Source: Octopus bimaculoides
Lineage: Eukaryota
Assembly: GCF_001194135.2 (NCBI RefSeq)
Contig: NC_068998.1
Location: forward strand, 34,993,850 to 35,057,849
Length of the DNA stretch: 64,000 bases
Direction: 5' to 3'
How positions within the stretch are numbered: position 1 is the first letter of the stretch; every line of letters begins with the position of its first letter. Shown here piece after piece: positions 25,717 to 38,845 of the stretch. Position numbers and translations under genes: made by a program. The notes beneath the pieces are model-generated. The model did not search any database. It saw only the letters and a list, made by a program, of their open reading frames with translations, and had not been told where the DNA came from.

Positions 25717-26349
25717 GAGCAGCTACAGAATACTTTAGCTAAGATTCAAAACTGTATCTATATTTTCCCATATTGTCAAACAGGTTCTCAGCCCCTTTTC
25801 TTAGCCTTTCTTCACTGAAAGATTAATAAGAATGAACTGACCTCTCAGGGCTTATTCGAGGCATTCAAGGGCCATAAATGATATAGTGAAGAATGTCATT
25901 GTTCTCATTTGACCTAATTAAATTAGAGAAGTTATAAATATACAAGTAAATATCAGTTGATCTCTCTCAGTCATCTGACATCTTGCTGAGGAGTGAGCTT
26001 TTTCTTTTGCTTTGGATCGCCCAGTCTCATGGTCAAAGAGCAACTGTTCTCTGTATGTTGATCAGTGTGTGAAGGTAGACTATATCTGCACACACTCTTT
26101 TTATTCTGTCTTTCTCACTAACAAGCCTTAGAGATGAAACCGCTATCTATCATACAGAATGGCTTGGAGATCTACCAACAATTGGTGCACACACCAACAA
26201 CTCAACAAAGTTGTACATATTTTATATATTGTAATGACTAATATTATAACCATATCTATATTAAATGGCCATATTGATAATGAAATAATATTCCTCATTC
26301 ATTCATTTCTGATCTGCATTATAAGATAAAATTTCTTAGTTACATTTCT

Positions 26350-26725
26350 TTATTTATTATTTATCAGTTTCAGTCATTAGACTGTGGTCATGCTGGGGCA
26401 CTGCCTTGAGAAACCTTTAGTTGAATGTATCGATCCCAGTACTTATTTTTTTAAAAGCTCAGTACTTATTCTATTGGTCTCTTTGCTGAACTGCTATGTT
26501 ACAGGGACATAAACACACCAGTACTGGTTGTCAAGCAGTGGTGAGGAATAAGCAGATACAAAATATACGCGCACACATACGATGGGCTTCTTTCAGTTTC
26601 CATCTACCAAATCTATTCACAAAGCCTTAGTCAACCTGAAGCTATAGGAGAAGACACTTGCCCAAGGTGCCATGCAGGACTGAACCCTGATGTGGGGAAA
26701 GAAGCTTCTAATAACACAGCCATGC
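26350..26725 (-). mobile_element. tRNA-derived SINE
   Basis: Same family as 25290-25716, more diverged. Confidence 0.8.
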
Positions 26726-27260
26726 TTTGGCACTCATGCCAACCTCTCCTTCATTGGACACTAAACTCTGTTGTGAAAACCTGTTGGGGCAAGTGAAATC
26801 GTAATTGAACCATACTTGATGACTGGCACCTGTGCCAGTAGAGCACTAGCAGCACTGTCGAGCGTGTTCATTGCCAGAGCAGCTGTTTGGCTTCCATGCT
26901 AGTAGCCCGTAAATAGCACCATTAGAGCGTAATCGTTACCAGCGTTGCCTTCTAGCACTTGTGCTGGTGCCACGTTAGAAAATCATTCGAGCGAGGTCGT
27001 TGCCAGTGCCACTGGACTGGCTCCCGTGCATGTGGCACATAAAAAACACATTTTTGAGCATGGCCGTTGCCAGTATCGTGTGACTGGCATGTAAAAGCAC
27101 CCACTACACTCTTGGAGTGGTTGGCGTTAGGAAGGGCATCCAGCTGTAGAATCTCTGCCAGATCAGATTGGAGCCTGGTGCAGCCTTCTGGCTTGCCAGT
27201 CTTCAGTCAAATCGTCCAACCCATGCTAGCATGGAAAGCGGACGTTAAATGATGATGATG
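26726..27260 (+). mobile_element. RTE 3' UTR with modular subrepeats and (GAT)n tail
   Basis: cttcattggacactaaactc, tgccagt modules, ttggcgttaggaagggcatccagctgtag...gcggacgttaaatgatgatg. Confidence 0.85.
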
Positions 27261-27307
27261 ATATATGTATGTGTATATATATATGTGTGTGTGTGTGTGT
27301 GCATATA

Positions 27308-28107
27308 NNNNNNNNNNNNNNNNNNNNNNNNNNNNNNNNNNNNNNNNNNNNNNNNNNNNNNNNNNNNNNNNNNNNNNNNNNNNNNNNNNNNNNNNNNNNN
27401 NNNNNNNNNNNNNNNNNNNNNNNNNNNNNNNNNNNNNNNNNNNNNNNNNNNNNNNNNNNNNNNNNNNNNNNNNNNNNNNNNNNNNNNNNNNNNNNNNNNN
27501 NNNNNNNNNNNNNNNNNNNNNNNNNNNNNNNNNNNNNNNNNNNNNNNNNNNNNNNNNNNNNNNNNNNNNNNNNNNNNNNNNNNNNNNNNNNNNNNNNNNN
27601 NNNNNNNNNNNNNNNNNNNNNNNNNNNNNNNNNNNNNNNNNNNNNNNNNNNNNNNNNNNNNNNNNNNNNNNNNNNNNNNNNNNNNNNNNNNNNNNNNNNN
27701 NNNNNNNNNNNNNNNNNNNNNNNNNNNNNNNNNNNNNNNNNNNNNNNNNNNNNNNNNNNNNNNNNNNNNNNNNNNNNNNNNNNNNNNNNNNNNNNNNNNN
27801 NNNNNNNNNNNNNNNNNNNNNNNNNNNNNNNNNNNNNNNNNNNNNNNNNNNNNNNNNNNNNNNNNNNNNNNNNNNNNNNNNNNNNNNNNNNNNNNNNNNN
27901 NNNNNNNNNNNNNNNNNNNNNNNNNNNNNNNNNNNNNNNNNNNNNNNNNNNNNNNNNNNNNNNNNNNNNNNNNNNNNNNNNNNNNNNNNNNNNNNNNNNN
28001 NNNNNNNNNNNNNNNNNNNNNNNNNNNNNNNNNNNNNNNNNNNNNNNNNNNNNNNNNNNNNNNNNNNNNNNNNNNNNNNNNNNNNNNNNNNNNNNNNNNN
28101 NNNNNNN
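27308..28107. other. Assembly gap (largest of ten N runs)
   Basis: N runs also occur near 6246-6373, 23813-23970, 25092-25288, 33479-33971, 35295-35376, 39247-39256, 39741-40435, 55435-55443 and 60730-60741. Confidence 0.99.
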
Positions 28108-28118
28108 ATATATATATA

Positions 28119-29285
28119 CAGTGTACCCCCACTTATTTGCAGTTCAGCATTCACGGCCCTGGTTATTTGCAGAACTAATAATTGCTCGCAGAAACCATTG
28201 CATATTTGTGGAATTGTAAATATTCTCTGCAATTTTTTATGGCTTTTCTGTGGCAACATATACTTTTACAAACTTTTTAGGCTAAAATATTAATAATAAT
28301 AACATACCGTATTTGCCAGTTTACTGGACGCCCGTTCGCTGCTGAAGGTCCCTCTGATTAGAATATCTGCACATCACGTCGCTTGATTTTTTTAGATATA
28401 AGTACACTGTATCTTGAATCTCTTATTCCTCCTTTCAATCAAAGCTTGCTAATTAATTTAGTGGCATCAATCTATATTTCATACATACACACTTTTTTAA
28501 AAATCATGGCTACATTTGATCATACACATTGTTTATTTCAACAGAGTAATTTTTAAGGTTGTGAGTCAATATAGTCATTGAAATTAGGTTACTTGCTAGT
28601 CTTCCCTGCTCTCTCTTATTATTATAGTATAGATTACTGTATCTAGTGGTAATACAAACTAAATTTTTCACAACCATGATTATCTTTAATCTCTGTTCAA
28701 TTTTCATTGCGCATATTAGATGCAATGAAGATTCTTTTTTTAGTTTTCTTTTGGAAAACCTGCATCCAGTAGCCATCTCCAGTATTTTGTTGAGTGCTGT
28801 GTCTTTCGCAGTGTATTATTAAAGTCCTAAGATGCCACCCAAACGCCCTACACCTTCTAAGGCTTCTGGCAGTAAACCTAAGCGCCAGAAAATGGTTTTA
28901 ACACTCCATGAGAAGGCACAACTGCAAAATATGTTCCAGGAAGGTAAAAGTTATGCTGCAGTAGGTAGCTATTATGTTGTCACCGAAAGTACCATACGCT
29001 ACATAAAGAAGAACTAGGTTGTGATCAGGACTACCGTCGCAGTAAGTTTCTGTGAAAGTGCCAAAAAGATCACGATAATGAGAAATAAGCACTTCGTCAG
29101 GATGGGATCTGTCTTGGCATTGTGAATTAGTGACTGCAAGAAGAAAAACATCCCCTTCAGCAGTAACATCATCCACGAGAAAGCACAGAATTTATACCAG
29201 CAGTTCAACAGAGAAGATGGAGCAGATAGCACCGAAAAACTGCAACTAAGGCCATTGACAGCACCGGAGCATGAAGATTTTCAAA
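28119..29285 (+). mobile_element. Tigger/pogo transposon 5' half
   Basis: TA|cagtgtacccccacttatttgcag is TIR-like. MPPKRPTPSKASGSKPKRQKMVLTLHEKAQL...ESTIRYIKK*...RNKHFVRMGSVLAL*ISDCKKKNIP...IHEKAQNLY encodes CENP-B-type HTH domains, with stops. Confidence 0.85.
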
Positions 29286-29292
29286 CATGTAT

Positions 29293-29535
29293 ATCATCAT
29301 CATCATCATCATCGTGTAATGTCCGCTTTCCATGCTGGCATGGGCTGGACGGTTTGATTGAGGTCTGGCAAGCCAGGAGGTTGCACCAGGCTCCAATCTA
29401 ATCTGGCAAGGTTTCTACAGCTGAATGCCCTTCCTAATGCCAACCACTCCAAGACTGTAGTGGGTGCTTTTTATGTGCCACCGGCACAGGGTCCAGTCAA
29501 GTGGAAATGGCAGCGACCATGCTCAAATGGTGCTT
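29293..29535 (-). mobile_element. RTE-family 3' end
   Basis: (CAT)n then gtccgctttccatgctggcatggg...tgcccttcctaatgccaaccac. It truncates the Tigger copy. Confidence 0.85.
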
Positions 29536-29569
29536 ATATATATATATATAGATATATATATATATAGAT

Positions 29570-29606
<37 letters not shown>

Positions 29607-29716
29607 TCCAAATTTCTCTTTATTATAAATTCCATTCTCCTTTATTATAGATTCATTATATATATATATATATATTTAGATAGATAGATAGATATTTATA
29701 GAGAGAGAGATGCGAT

Positions 29717-30150
29717 GCAGGCGTGGCTGTGTGGTAAGAAGCTTGCTTCCAAAGCACATGGTTCTAGGTTCAGTCCCACTGTGTGGCACCTTGGGGAAGT
29801 GTTTTCTGCTATAGCCTTGGGCCAACCAAAGGCCTGTGAATGGATTTGGTAGACAGAAATTGATATAAGCCCATCATATATTTGGCGATATATGTAGGCA
29901 TGTACATATTGATGTGTGTGTCTTTGTGTCTGTGTTTGTCCCCACCCCCATCACCACTTGAAGACCGGTGTTGGTATGTTTATGTCCCTGGAACTTAGCA
30001 GTTTGGCAAAAGAGACTGATATTATAAGTACTAGGCTTAAAAATAAGTCCTGGGGTTGATTTGTTCGATTAAAACTCTTCAAGGTGGTGCTCCAGCATGA
30101 CTGCAGTCAACTGACTGAAACAAGTAAAAGGATAAAAGAGTAAAAGAATA
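29717..30150 (+). mobile_element. tRNA-derived SINE, full length
   Basis: gcaggcgtggctgtgtggtaagaagcttgc (A-box-like) and ggttcagtccc (B-box-like), ending gactgaaacaagtaaaag. Confidence 0.85.
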
Positions 30151-30499
30151 TATACACATAAACATATATGTATATATTTATATTTGACCTCATTTTTTGT
30201 ATAGATCAGATGACATTGCCCATTGTATCTTTAAATGACTTTTAAATAATGGAAATTTATAAATAAATGAAATATGCAAGGAAAACAGGAATAATTGAAG
30301 TAGGTTTTAGACATTATATTTCTTATAAATAAATAATAAACTAAAAAAAAAATAACTAAGATATTTAATGAACGTGAAAGATTTATAAGAAATGCCAAAC
30401 GTCATAAAGCAGTAAAATGTGAAAGTGCTTTGGCTGCAATAAAAAATCTCTATAGAGTTTGCAGTTTTATCTCAAGAATTGCTATTTGTAACACACTAT

Positions 30500-30960
30500 T
30501 AATTATGGTTGCAATGATGCACCTAAGCTATGGTTGTAATGACACAAATCAGTGATTCTAATGACAAAGCTCAGTTCAATGTTGAATGTATTGAAACAGT
30601 GAAGAAATAATTGTAATGATACAGTTTAATGGTGGTTGTAATTATCACAGCTCAATAGATGTTGTAATGAAATGCAGCTCAGTATTGTTTTTAATGATAC
30701 AGATGTGTGTTGACTGTAATGAGACAGTGGTTGAAACAAGATTTCAGTGGTGGCTGTAATAGCATAACACAGTTCAGATGAAATAGCTCAATGTTGGTTA
30801 TAATGACACAGATAAGTTGTAGTTGTAATGGAACATTGTTTATAGTAATGACATCTTAGAAGGCTGCAATGACGTGGTTTAATGAAATAACTTAGTGTTG
30901 GCTACAAGATCACTATGATAGTTGTAATGACATAGTTTGTCAGTGACTGTAAAGACTTCT
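30500..30960. repeat. Degenerate minisatellite
   Basis: Recurring gttgtaatgacacag(c/t)tca-like core at irregular ~25-30 bp spacing. Confidence 0.6.
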
Positions 30961-31144
30961 GCTCTTGCTGGAATGACAGTTCTCAGAAGTGCTTAAAATT
31001 AAATGCTACTGTACTGAGAAAATTAACTCCTGTGTCATTGCTGTGTCATTTCAGTGCAACCAAATACAGCAGTAAACATTTTTGAGACATTTGGAGTTGA
31101 ACAAGCAACATATTGAGGGAATTCTCTTTAAGTTCAGCATCATA

Positions 31145-31329
31145 TATGTTTACAGGCACAGGCAATAGCAGCATGGTTGAGAAATTTGTTTCATGACCAT
31201 GTGGTTTCAGATTCAGTACTGCTGTGTAGCACCTTGAGCAAGTGTCTTTTACTGTAACCCCAGGCAGCCCAATGCCTTGTAAGAGAATTTGGTAGACAGA
31301 AACTCAGTGGAAGCCTATCTGTGTGTTTG

Positions 31330-31366
<37 letters not shown>

Positions 31367-31915
31367 ACATGTGTGTGTGTGTATGTGTGTGTGCACATGA
31401 GTGTGTATGAGTATATATATATGTTTATGTCTGTGTTTTTCTCACATCACTCAACAGTGTTAGTTCATCAACATCCTCATAACTTAGTGATTTAGTAAAA
31501 GAATCTGATAGAATCTGAGGAAAATTTATTTGACAAGACATTGCCTCAGTATGGCTGCAGTTCATTCAGTGATGTATATTTTTGAGGTATCAATATAGTG
31601 GATACATCAGTCTTATGGGCAAAATCATACTGTCTAATTATTTATATTTTGCTATTTGAGGTGTTAATAAAGTACAAGATTGCAGGCAGTGAGCTGGCAG
31701 AATCATCATTAGCATGCCAGGTTAAAAACTTTGCAGCAATTTGTCCATCTTTACATTCTGGGTTCAAATTCCACCAAGGTAGAGTTTGCCTTTCATAAAA
31801 TAAGTACCCATTAAGCACTGAGGTCAATGTAATCGACTTAATCCATCCCACCAAAATTTGAAACCAATATGGTATAAAGTTGTGCCAAAATTTGAAACCA
31901 ATATAGTATAAAGTT
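31145..31915 (+). mobile_element. Two adjacent SINEs (31145-31575 tRNA-SINE; 31683-31915 Meta-like SINE)
   Basis: The first matches the 29717 family. The second has gagctggcagaatc...gggttcaaattcc...tgcctttcat, and ends in a 34-bp tandem duplication. Confidence 0.7.
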
Positions 31916-31959
31916 TCTGTCTAGTTAACATCTTAAGTATCCATTTATCTGAAATTATC

Positions 31960-32500
31960 AAAATAAAATCAAAGAGTTTCAAGAACTTTGTGGCAGACAT
32001 TTCAGTGTCTAGCACACTTTTTAAGGTGTTTTCTGTGGAATAAAGTTCAAAGTAATACTTTACCCATCTTTCCATCTGCTTGCCTTTATTTTTTATGGTC
32101 TTCCTACCTGTTAGTTTTGTCCATGGTTAGATTGATGGTCTTTTTTTATCTCCTCATATGTTCCACAGATATCACCTGCGTTAAATGATGATTGAATACC
32201 TTTGCAAAGTTGTAACCAGTAGTGATTTGCAAAACGTCTGGCTGCTGTGCCTCTACATCTATGGGTTCTGCCAGGAAAGTGTCCTCTAATAACCTGATGA
32301 ACTCTTCTTCTTTATCTAGATGTTGTATCATAATGACATCAATGTGCTGCTTGCCAGTGGTTTCATATGGCGCATATTCTTTGGTTGAAATCTGATCTTG
32401 TAGCAAGCCAAAGAGTAATCTGTGTCACAATTAGCACTCTAGAAGGTGTTGCAGAAATGCATTCATACTATGATCCCACAATGTCATCGTTATGTGTAAC
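31960..32500 (-). mobile_element. RTE LINE (second family) endonuclease C-terminus/tether fragment
   Basis: Frameshifted SANCDTDYSLACYKIRFQPK (APE 'SDH' region), GKQHIDV, and MERWVKYYFELYSTEN. Confidence 0.65.
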
Positions 32501-33289
32501 TGTATAAGGAGTGTATAGTTGTGTTTACAGAGACCTATACATACATAGAATATACTGGCCTCTTGAGTTTTATGGTTGTCTATACCCTACACCACTAAGC
32601 ATATTTAGCATCAAAGAAAAATTGTTGACACAAAAGCCTACAGCAAGTGGTCAACTCTTCCCACAAACCATCTGTCTGCCAACTTTTTTCCTGTCTGTCA
32701 TCCACTGTTCTTTTTTTTATGTAAATTTCCCCCATTTGATACTAAAAGTAAGTTCTTCCCTAAGGTAAATGAATTTACCATCTCCATGCTGGTTCATTCT
32801 GTCAATAGCTTTTCAGTCCAATAATGTTATGTCTAAAAGTTACATATCTCTGATGATTTGACAATAAATCTTGATTATGTAATGTACATAAAATAACTAA
32901 TAGTCATGTTATGATGATAATGAAACATATGTAACATATTGTAACTAAATATCAACAATTTCTCAAGTTTTGTCTTAATATATATGTGTGTGTGTGAGAG
33001 TGTGTGAGTATATCACTCCACCTAACGTACACACTAGGTTACTTATACACATACACACACCCAGGTTCACATAATTTTAAGCTCAACCACACAAACATAC
33101 TCATACACTTGCCCCCATTCAAATATATACACTCACACACACCATTCTCACATACACACATGTGCTTACATACCTTAGTTCACCGGGGTCACTGTTATTA
33201 TTATTATTATCTCCTTTCCATTCAGCCTCTTTCTTCTGGCCATTTCATCACTTTGAACTGTTAACCTCTACACATTTAACCTCTTTCTC

Positions 33290-33434
33290 TCTTTTTTCAT
33301 TCTCTCTCTGTTTTTCCCCTCCTAATCCTTTCTGTTGAAGAGCATGGGCTCAAAACATTCTTCCTGAGCATTAAACTTATATACCTGCTTGTTGTTCCTA
33401 CACCTGTCTTTGTCTTTTGTATTCTGTAAATTTG

Positions 33435-33440
<6 letters not shown>
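33290..33440 (+). mobile_element. Penelope-type terminal segment with a degenerate hammerhead core
   Basis: ctgttga-a-GAGC-atgg-GCTC-aaaa-c, followed by cctgcttgttgt...tctgtaaatttgaac and (TA)n. Confidence 0.4.
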
Positions 33441-33478
<38 letters not shown>

Positions 33479-33971
33479 NNNNNNNNNNNNNNNNNNNNNN
33501 NNNNNNNNNNNNNNNNNNNNNNNNNNNNNNNNNNNNNNNNNNNNNNNNNNNNNNNNNNNNNNNNNNNNNNNNNNNNNNNNNNNNNNNNNNNNNNNNNNNN
33601 NNNNNNNNNNNNNNNNNNNNNNNNNNNNNNNNNNNNNNNNNNNNNNNNNNNNNNNNNNNNNNNNNNNNNNNNNNNNNNNNNNNNNNNNNNNNNNNNNNNN
33701 NNNNNNNNNNNNNNNNNNNNNNNNNNNNNNNNNNNNNNNNNNNNNNNNNNNNNNNNNNNNNNNNNNNNNNNNNNNNNNNNNNNNNNNNNNNNNNNNNNNN
33801 NNNNNNNNNNNNNNNNNNNNNNNNNNNNNNNNNNNNNNNNNNNNNNNNNNNNNNNNNNNNNNNNNNNNNNNNNNNNNNNNNNNNNNNNNNNNNNNNNNNN
33901 NNNNNNNNNNNNNNNNNNNNNNNNNNNNNNNNNNNNNNNNNNNNNNNNNNNNNNNNNNNNNNNNNNNNNNN

Positions 33972-35275
33972 ATACCAAATTTGGCATGAAGGTTTTTCAT
34001 TATTCAGGGAAGGTTCTAAGGGGGTAAAATTTTGACCCTTGCCCATATAGAGTGCTATGGCCCCCCCCTATATGGCCCTTCCGATTTTTGTTTTCAGCAA
34101 TATAATATTGTTTCACTTTTGATAATACTGTAATATTGTTTCACTTTTATTCTTTTACTTTTGACATCCGATTTTTTTTTTCAGTGGTATGATATTGTTT
34201 CATTTTTATTCTTTCATTTTTGATAAGACTATAATATTGTTTATACTACATACATACAACTGCTTACATTTTTTCCTATGTTCATAATTTTTTGTTTACA
34301 ATATAATTTTTTTCTATGTTCATAATCTTTTGTTTACAATATTGGAAGATGTGACCAAAGAAAAGTTGTAATCTCTCCAGAAACAACTATAAAGCAAGGA
34401 GGATTGTAGAAAACTGAAGGCGAGAATCTCAAGAAAGGAAGGAGATAAGACTTTCACAACATCAGCAAAGTCATGCTGCAGCACATTAGATGAAGTCTTA
34501 ATACTGAAGGAAGATGAGACTTTCACAACATCACCAAATGCATGCTGCTGCATGTCAAATAGAGTCTCAAGACAGAAGTGAGATGACACTTTCCCAAGAT
34601 CAGCAAATGCATGCTGCAGCACATTAGATGAGACTTTCCCAAAATTTCCAAATGAATCTAATGGCATGCACAGCTCAGGCGGTAAGGTAAGATTGCCAGC
34701 AATACCAGCTCCTCCTCAACCTCTTATAGATCTTCGGGAAGGCATTTCTATCCAGGCGAAGGATTTTCTGAACAATATTAGACAATACAACCCTGTGTTT
34801 CAAATGACATCATTTGGTGCATCTAAGAAGATTGTTGAACATGGATTTATGCCAATGTTCAAAGTTCAAGGGCAAGTCTATCACCCGATTGCTTCTCTGT
34901 TACCCACAAATGAACAACTACACTTCCTCCAAATTTACTTCATGAATGATCTAGGACAACAAACCCGAAGTAGGTGTCTAAATTTGAGACAGTTCATGTT
35001 AGATGCAGCGACGACTGCTGCAAAGGAGAGTATATCCACTGACAGCTTTTCGGTTCGTTCAAAAATCACATACCCCACCCCCAATTTCCATGACAGGTTA
35101 GGGCCTGGAATACTCCAGACAAAGGCCTGACATATTGCTTAGTCGAATTAGGCCATCAATTACTCCACAAATGTTTTGTCATCAATGCTGCACTTTACCG
35201 TATTACCTGTTTCAACATAACTGTAATATATATATATACAAACTATGCCATTTTAATCCCAAGCAACGCTGGGAT
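33972..35275 (+). mobile_element. Internally deleted Helitron (RepHel N-terminus plus 3' hairpin)
   Basis: 72-bp coding repeats (RLSQHQQSHAAAH). ORF 34666-35130 GGKVRLP...FLNNIRQYNPVFQMTSFGA...FKVQGQVYHPIASLLP...FLQIYF is a classic RepHel N-terminus. 3' hairpin atcccaagcaacgctgggat at 35256-35275. The 5' end is in the N-gap. Confidence 0.9.
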
Positions 35276-35393
35276 ATATATATATATATATATANNNNNN
35301 NNNNNNNNNNNNNNNNNNNNNNNNNNNNNNNNNNNNNNNNNNNNNNNNNNNNNNNNNNNNNNNNNNNNNNNNNNNNNTATATATAATTGAAAA

Positions 35394-35430
<37 letters not shown>

Positions 35431-35432
<2 letters not shown>

Positions 35433-38400
35433 TCATCATCATTTAACATCTATTGTCTATGCTGGCATGGGTTGGACAATTTGACCAGGGCTATCAAGCT
35501 GGAAGGTTGCATCAGGCTCCAGTCTGATTTGGCATGGTTTCTAAGGCTAGAAGCCCCCCATTTTGAGAGTATAATGGGGGCTTTCATGTGCCACCAGCAC
35601 AGGTGCTATTTGCATGATACTGGTATCTGCCACGAGTGCGATTTTGTTCAGCTTGATGAATTTTCTTCTTAAGCGCAACATAATGCCAAAGGTCTTGGTC
35701 ATTACCTCCGTGAAGTCCAACACTCAAAGGGAGCTCAGCCACTTTGCCTCTGTGAGGCCCAATACTTGAAAGGTGCTTTTTACATGCCACTGGCATCGGT
35801 GCCAGTTACCTGACACTAGCATCAGCCACTACTACGATTTTACTTAGCTTGATGGGTCTTCTTAAGCACAGCATATTGCCAAAAGTCACAGTCACTAATC
35901 ATTACTTCTCTGAGGTCCAGAGTTCAAAGATCATCGCTTACAACCTTGTCCCATGTCTTCCTGGGTCTACTTCTACCACAGGTTCCCTCCACATTTAGAG
36001 TTCGGCACTTCTTTATGCAGCTATCCTCATCTATATGCCCCACATGACCATGCCAGCACAGCTGTCTCTCTTGCACACCACATCTGATTAATCTTATGCC
36101 TAACTTTTCTCTCAAGATGCTTACACTCTGTTGAACATGCTCACTGACTTTGCACATCCAGCGAAGCATACTGGTTTCATTTCTTTCAAGCCTACGCATG
36201 TCCTTGGCTGTCACAGCCCATGTTTCACTGCCATGTAGCATAGCTGTTTGCATGCGGGCATCATACAGGCTGCCTTTCACTCTGAGGGAAAGACCCTTTG
36301 TTGCGAGCAGAGGTAGGAATGTTCTGAACTTTGCCCAGCATAATCTTATTCTCATAGCTACGCTCTTGGAGCATCCACCTCCACCACTAACTTGGTTACC
36401 TAGATAATGGAAGCTATCTACTACCTCTAGCTTACTCCCATGGCAGTTGATGGAGTTTATTTTCTGTACATTTTTGGTGTTTATTGTAGCTATGTATTTT
36501 CCACATACAAAAGATATTTTCCCTGTTAACCTTCCTCTGATATTGCTGTACCTTTTATGTGTCCAAAGCTTACAACAGGTGCATCTTATGGAGTTTCTCC
36601 CTATGCCTTTTCTATAGATCAAGCAGAGCCATTTACCTGAAGGGATTTGTGATTTGTCTGCCTTCCTATTTACTAAAACTTTGGTTTTTGCTAGGTTAAC
36701 TCTAAGGCCCTTTGATTCTAGACCTTGCTTCCATACCGGGAACTTCTTCTCTAATTCTGGTAGTGATTCAGCTATTAGAGCAAGGTCATCTGCATAGAGG
36801 AGCTCCCTGGGGCAGCCTGTCTTAAGTTCCTCTATTATTGCCTGGATGACTATGATAAACAAGAGAGGACTGAGGACTGATCCTTGGTGAACCCCTACTT
36901 GTACCCTGAATTCTTTGCTCTATTCATTGCCAACCTTCACCTTACTTGTAGTGTCCCTGTACATGGCTTGTACAGCACTTACCAACCACTTGTCTACCCC
37001 TAGTTTCTGCATTGACTACATGATGAGGGATCAGGGGACCCTGTCAAAGGCTTTTCCAAGTCAACAAAAGCCAAGTACAGAGGTTTATCTTTGGCTATGT
37101 ATTTCTCCTGCAGTTGTCTTTCCCTGGTACAAAACCAAACTGCATCTCATCTAGACTCTCTCCATAATTAGTTGGGCTATGACTCTCTCCATAATTTGCA
37201 TCACCTGATCCAACAATTTGATACCTGTATAATTATTTCTATCTAAAGCATCACCTCTACCTTTGTAGCAGTTGACTATGGTGCTTCTACACCATTCACT
37301 GGGTATGACTCCTTTGTGAACCACCTGATTTACAATACAGATGACTAGACTATAACTCATACGGCCAGATATTTTAAGCATCGCGGTGATGATTCCTGAT
37401 GGGCCAGGGGCTTTCCTTGTCTTCATATCCTTAATTGCTTTATCTACTAAGGTACTGTTGATTTGGGTAGCTGGTCCTTCAATTGGGTCAACATTTGGCA
37501 GACTCTCCTCTTCTCATTCATTCTCTACATTCAGCTGTCTTTCATAATAGCATTTTCAAGCCTCTTTCTTTCCAGAATCATTAAATGCAAGTGCACCATC
37601 ATCCTTGCAGACACATTTCTCTCCTATGACATCACAATTTTCTCTCACACACTGTCTAGCAATCCGAAACACTTCAGTTCTTTGGTCCTTATGTTGCTGA
37701 ACACAGGCAAACTTCTTCTTTTCTGCTTCTCCCTTGGCTACATATACCTGTCTCCTAGCTTCTCTTCTCAATATCTGATACAGTTCCTTGGTAATCCCAC
37801 TCTTCCAGGCCTGTTTCTTTGCTCTAATGGCCCTGTCTACAGCATCGTTCAACCACTATGTTACTAGGTCTGGATGGGACTGTGCGCCAGCCGCAGATTT
37901 GGCCCATGGCACTCAGCAAGCTGTCCCACAAGAATTCCCAGTTGTCCTCTATATCACATGCCTGTAGCTCCTCCTCCATCTCATCAAATTTCTCAATTAG
38001 GATGTTTCTAAATCTGTGACCATATGAAGGGTCCTTAAGCTTCCAAATCCTTCTTTTCCAGATTGGTCTGCTTCTTCTAATGACTAGTCTATGCTGGTGG
38101 GGTACATTCTTCACCAAGGAGGGTCTTTGTATTTAAGAGCAACTATGCATCGCACTGTCTGGTGAGAATGTAATCAATCTGGCTAGCACAGTCTCCTGAT
38201 TGGTTGGTTATCAGGTGGCTGGCTAGTTTCCTGAAGTTGGTGTTGCAGATGAATAGGTTATTTGCATCATAGATCTCCAGTAGCCTTGTTCCCTCTTTGT
38301 TTTGGGAACTAATTCCATGGCCCATGTACACCATGGAAGATATCAGGCTGCCGTCCAACATACCCATTGAAATCCCCAGCCATGAAGACGAGATCATTGT

Positions 38401-38845
38401 CACTCGTCTTTGAGGTAGCCTGCAGAAGAATATTGTAAAAGTGGTCCTTCTGTTCATTTGGTGGGCCTGTTTGTGGTGCATAGGCAGAGATAATTGTCAC
38501 TATAGTGTTCTGCAAAACTAGCCTGATCTTAAGCACTCTATTGCACACTCTGACTACCTCTATGACCTTATCCATCCTTTCTCTGCAAGGAGTATGCCCA
38601 CACCACCTACTCCATCATGGTTATCTTTCCAGAAGATTTTATGCCTGTGTCTTGCCTGTCAGAAACCTGGCTGAAGCTCCTCTCTACCTTGGATGCAACA
38701 GACGTCAACATCCCTCCGTTCAAGCATGGCAACAATCTCGCACAACCTGCCTTTTAATGTGTCTACAGTGACTGTGCCAACTCTGAAAACTGGGAAAGGA
38801 ACATAGGAGGGAACATGGGAAGGAGTGATGGCATTCAGCACCTGA
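35431..38845 (-). mobile_element. Near full-length RTE LINE ORF2 (APE endonuclease + RT), disrupted
   Basis: APE motifs RVGTVTVDTLKG, ISAYAPQ, AGDFNGYVG. RT motifs KAPGPSG, NYTGIKLL, HQGSVLSPLL, LLYADDL. Open 312-aa ORF at 35924-36862. The 3' UTR ends in (GAT)n. Frameshifts separate the blocks. Confidence 0.95.

Noticed and set aside
27207-28293. Long ORFs of 190-364 aa here and at 33.3-34.0 kb and 39.5-40.6 kb
   Set aside because: They run through N-gaps and consist mostly of X.
29717-29790. tRNA genes at A/B-box-like heads
   Set aside because: The heads continue directly into multi-copy SINE bodies and I could not fold a cloverleaf.
32146-32406. Minus-strand 86-aa ORF as a host-gene exon
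   Set aside because: It is one frame of a frameshifted RTE endonuclease/tether region, flanked by CDTDYSL and MERWVKYY motifs.
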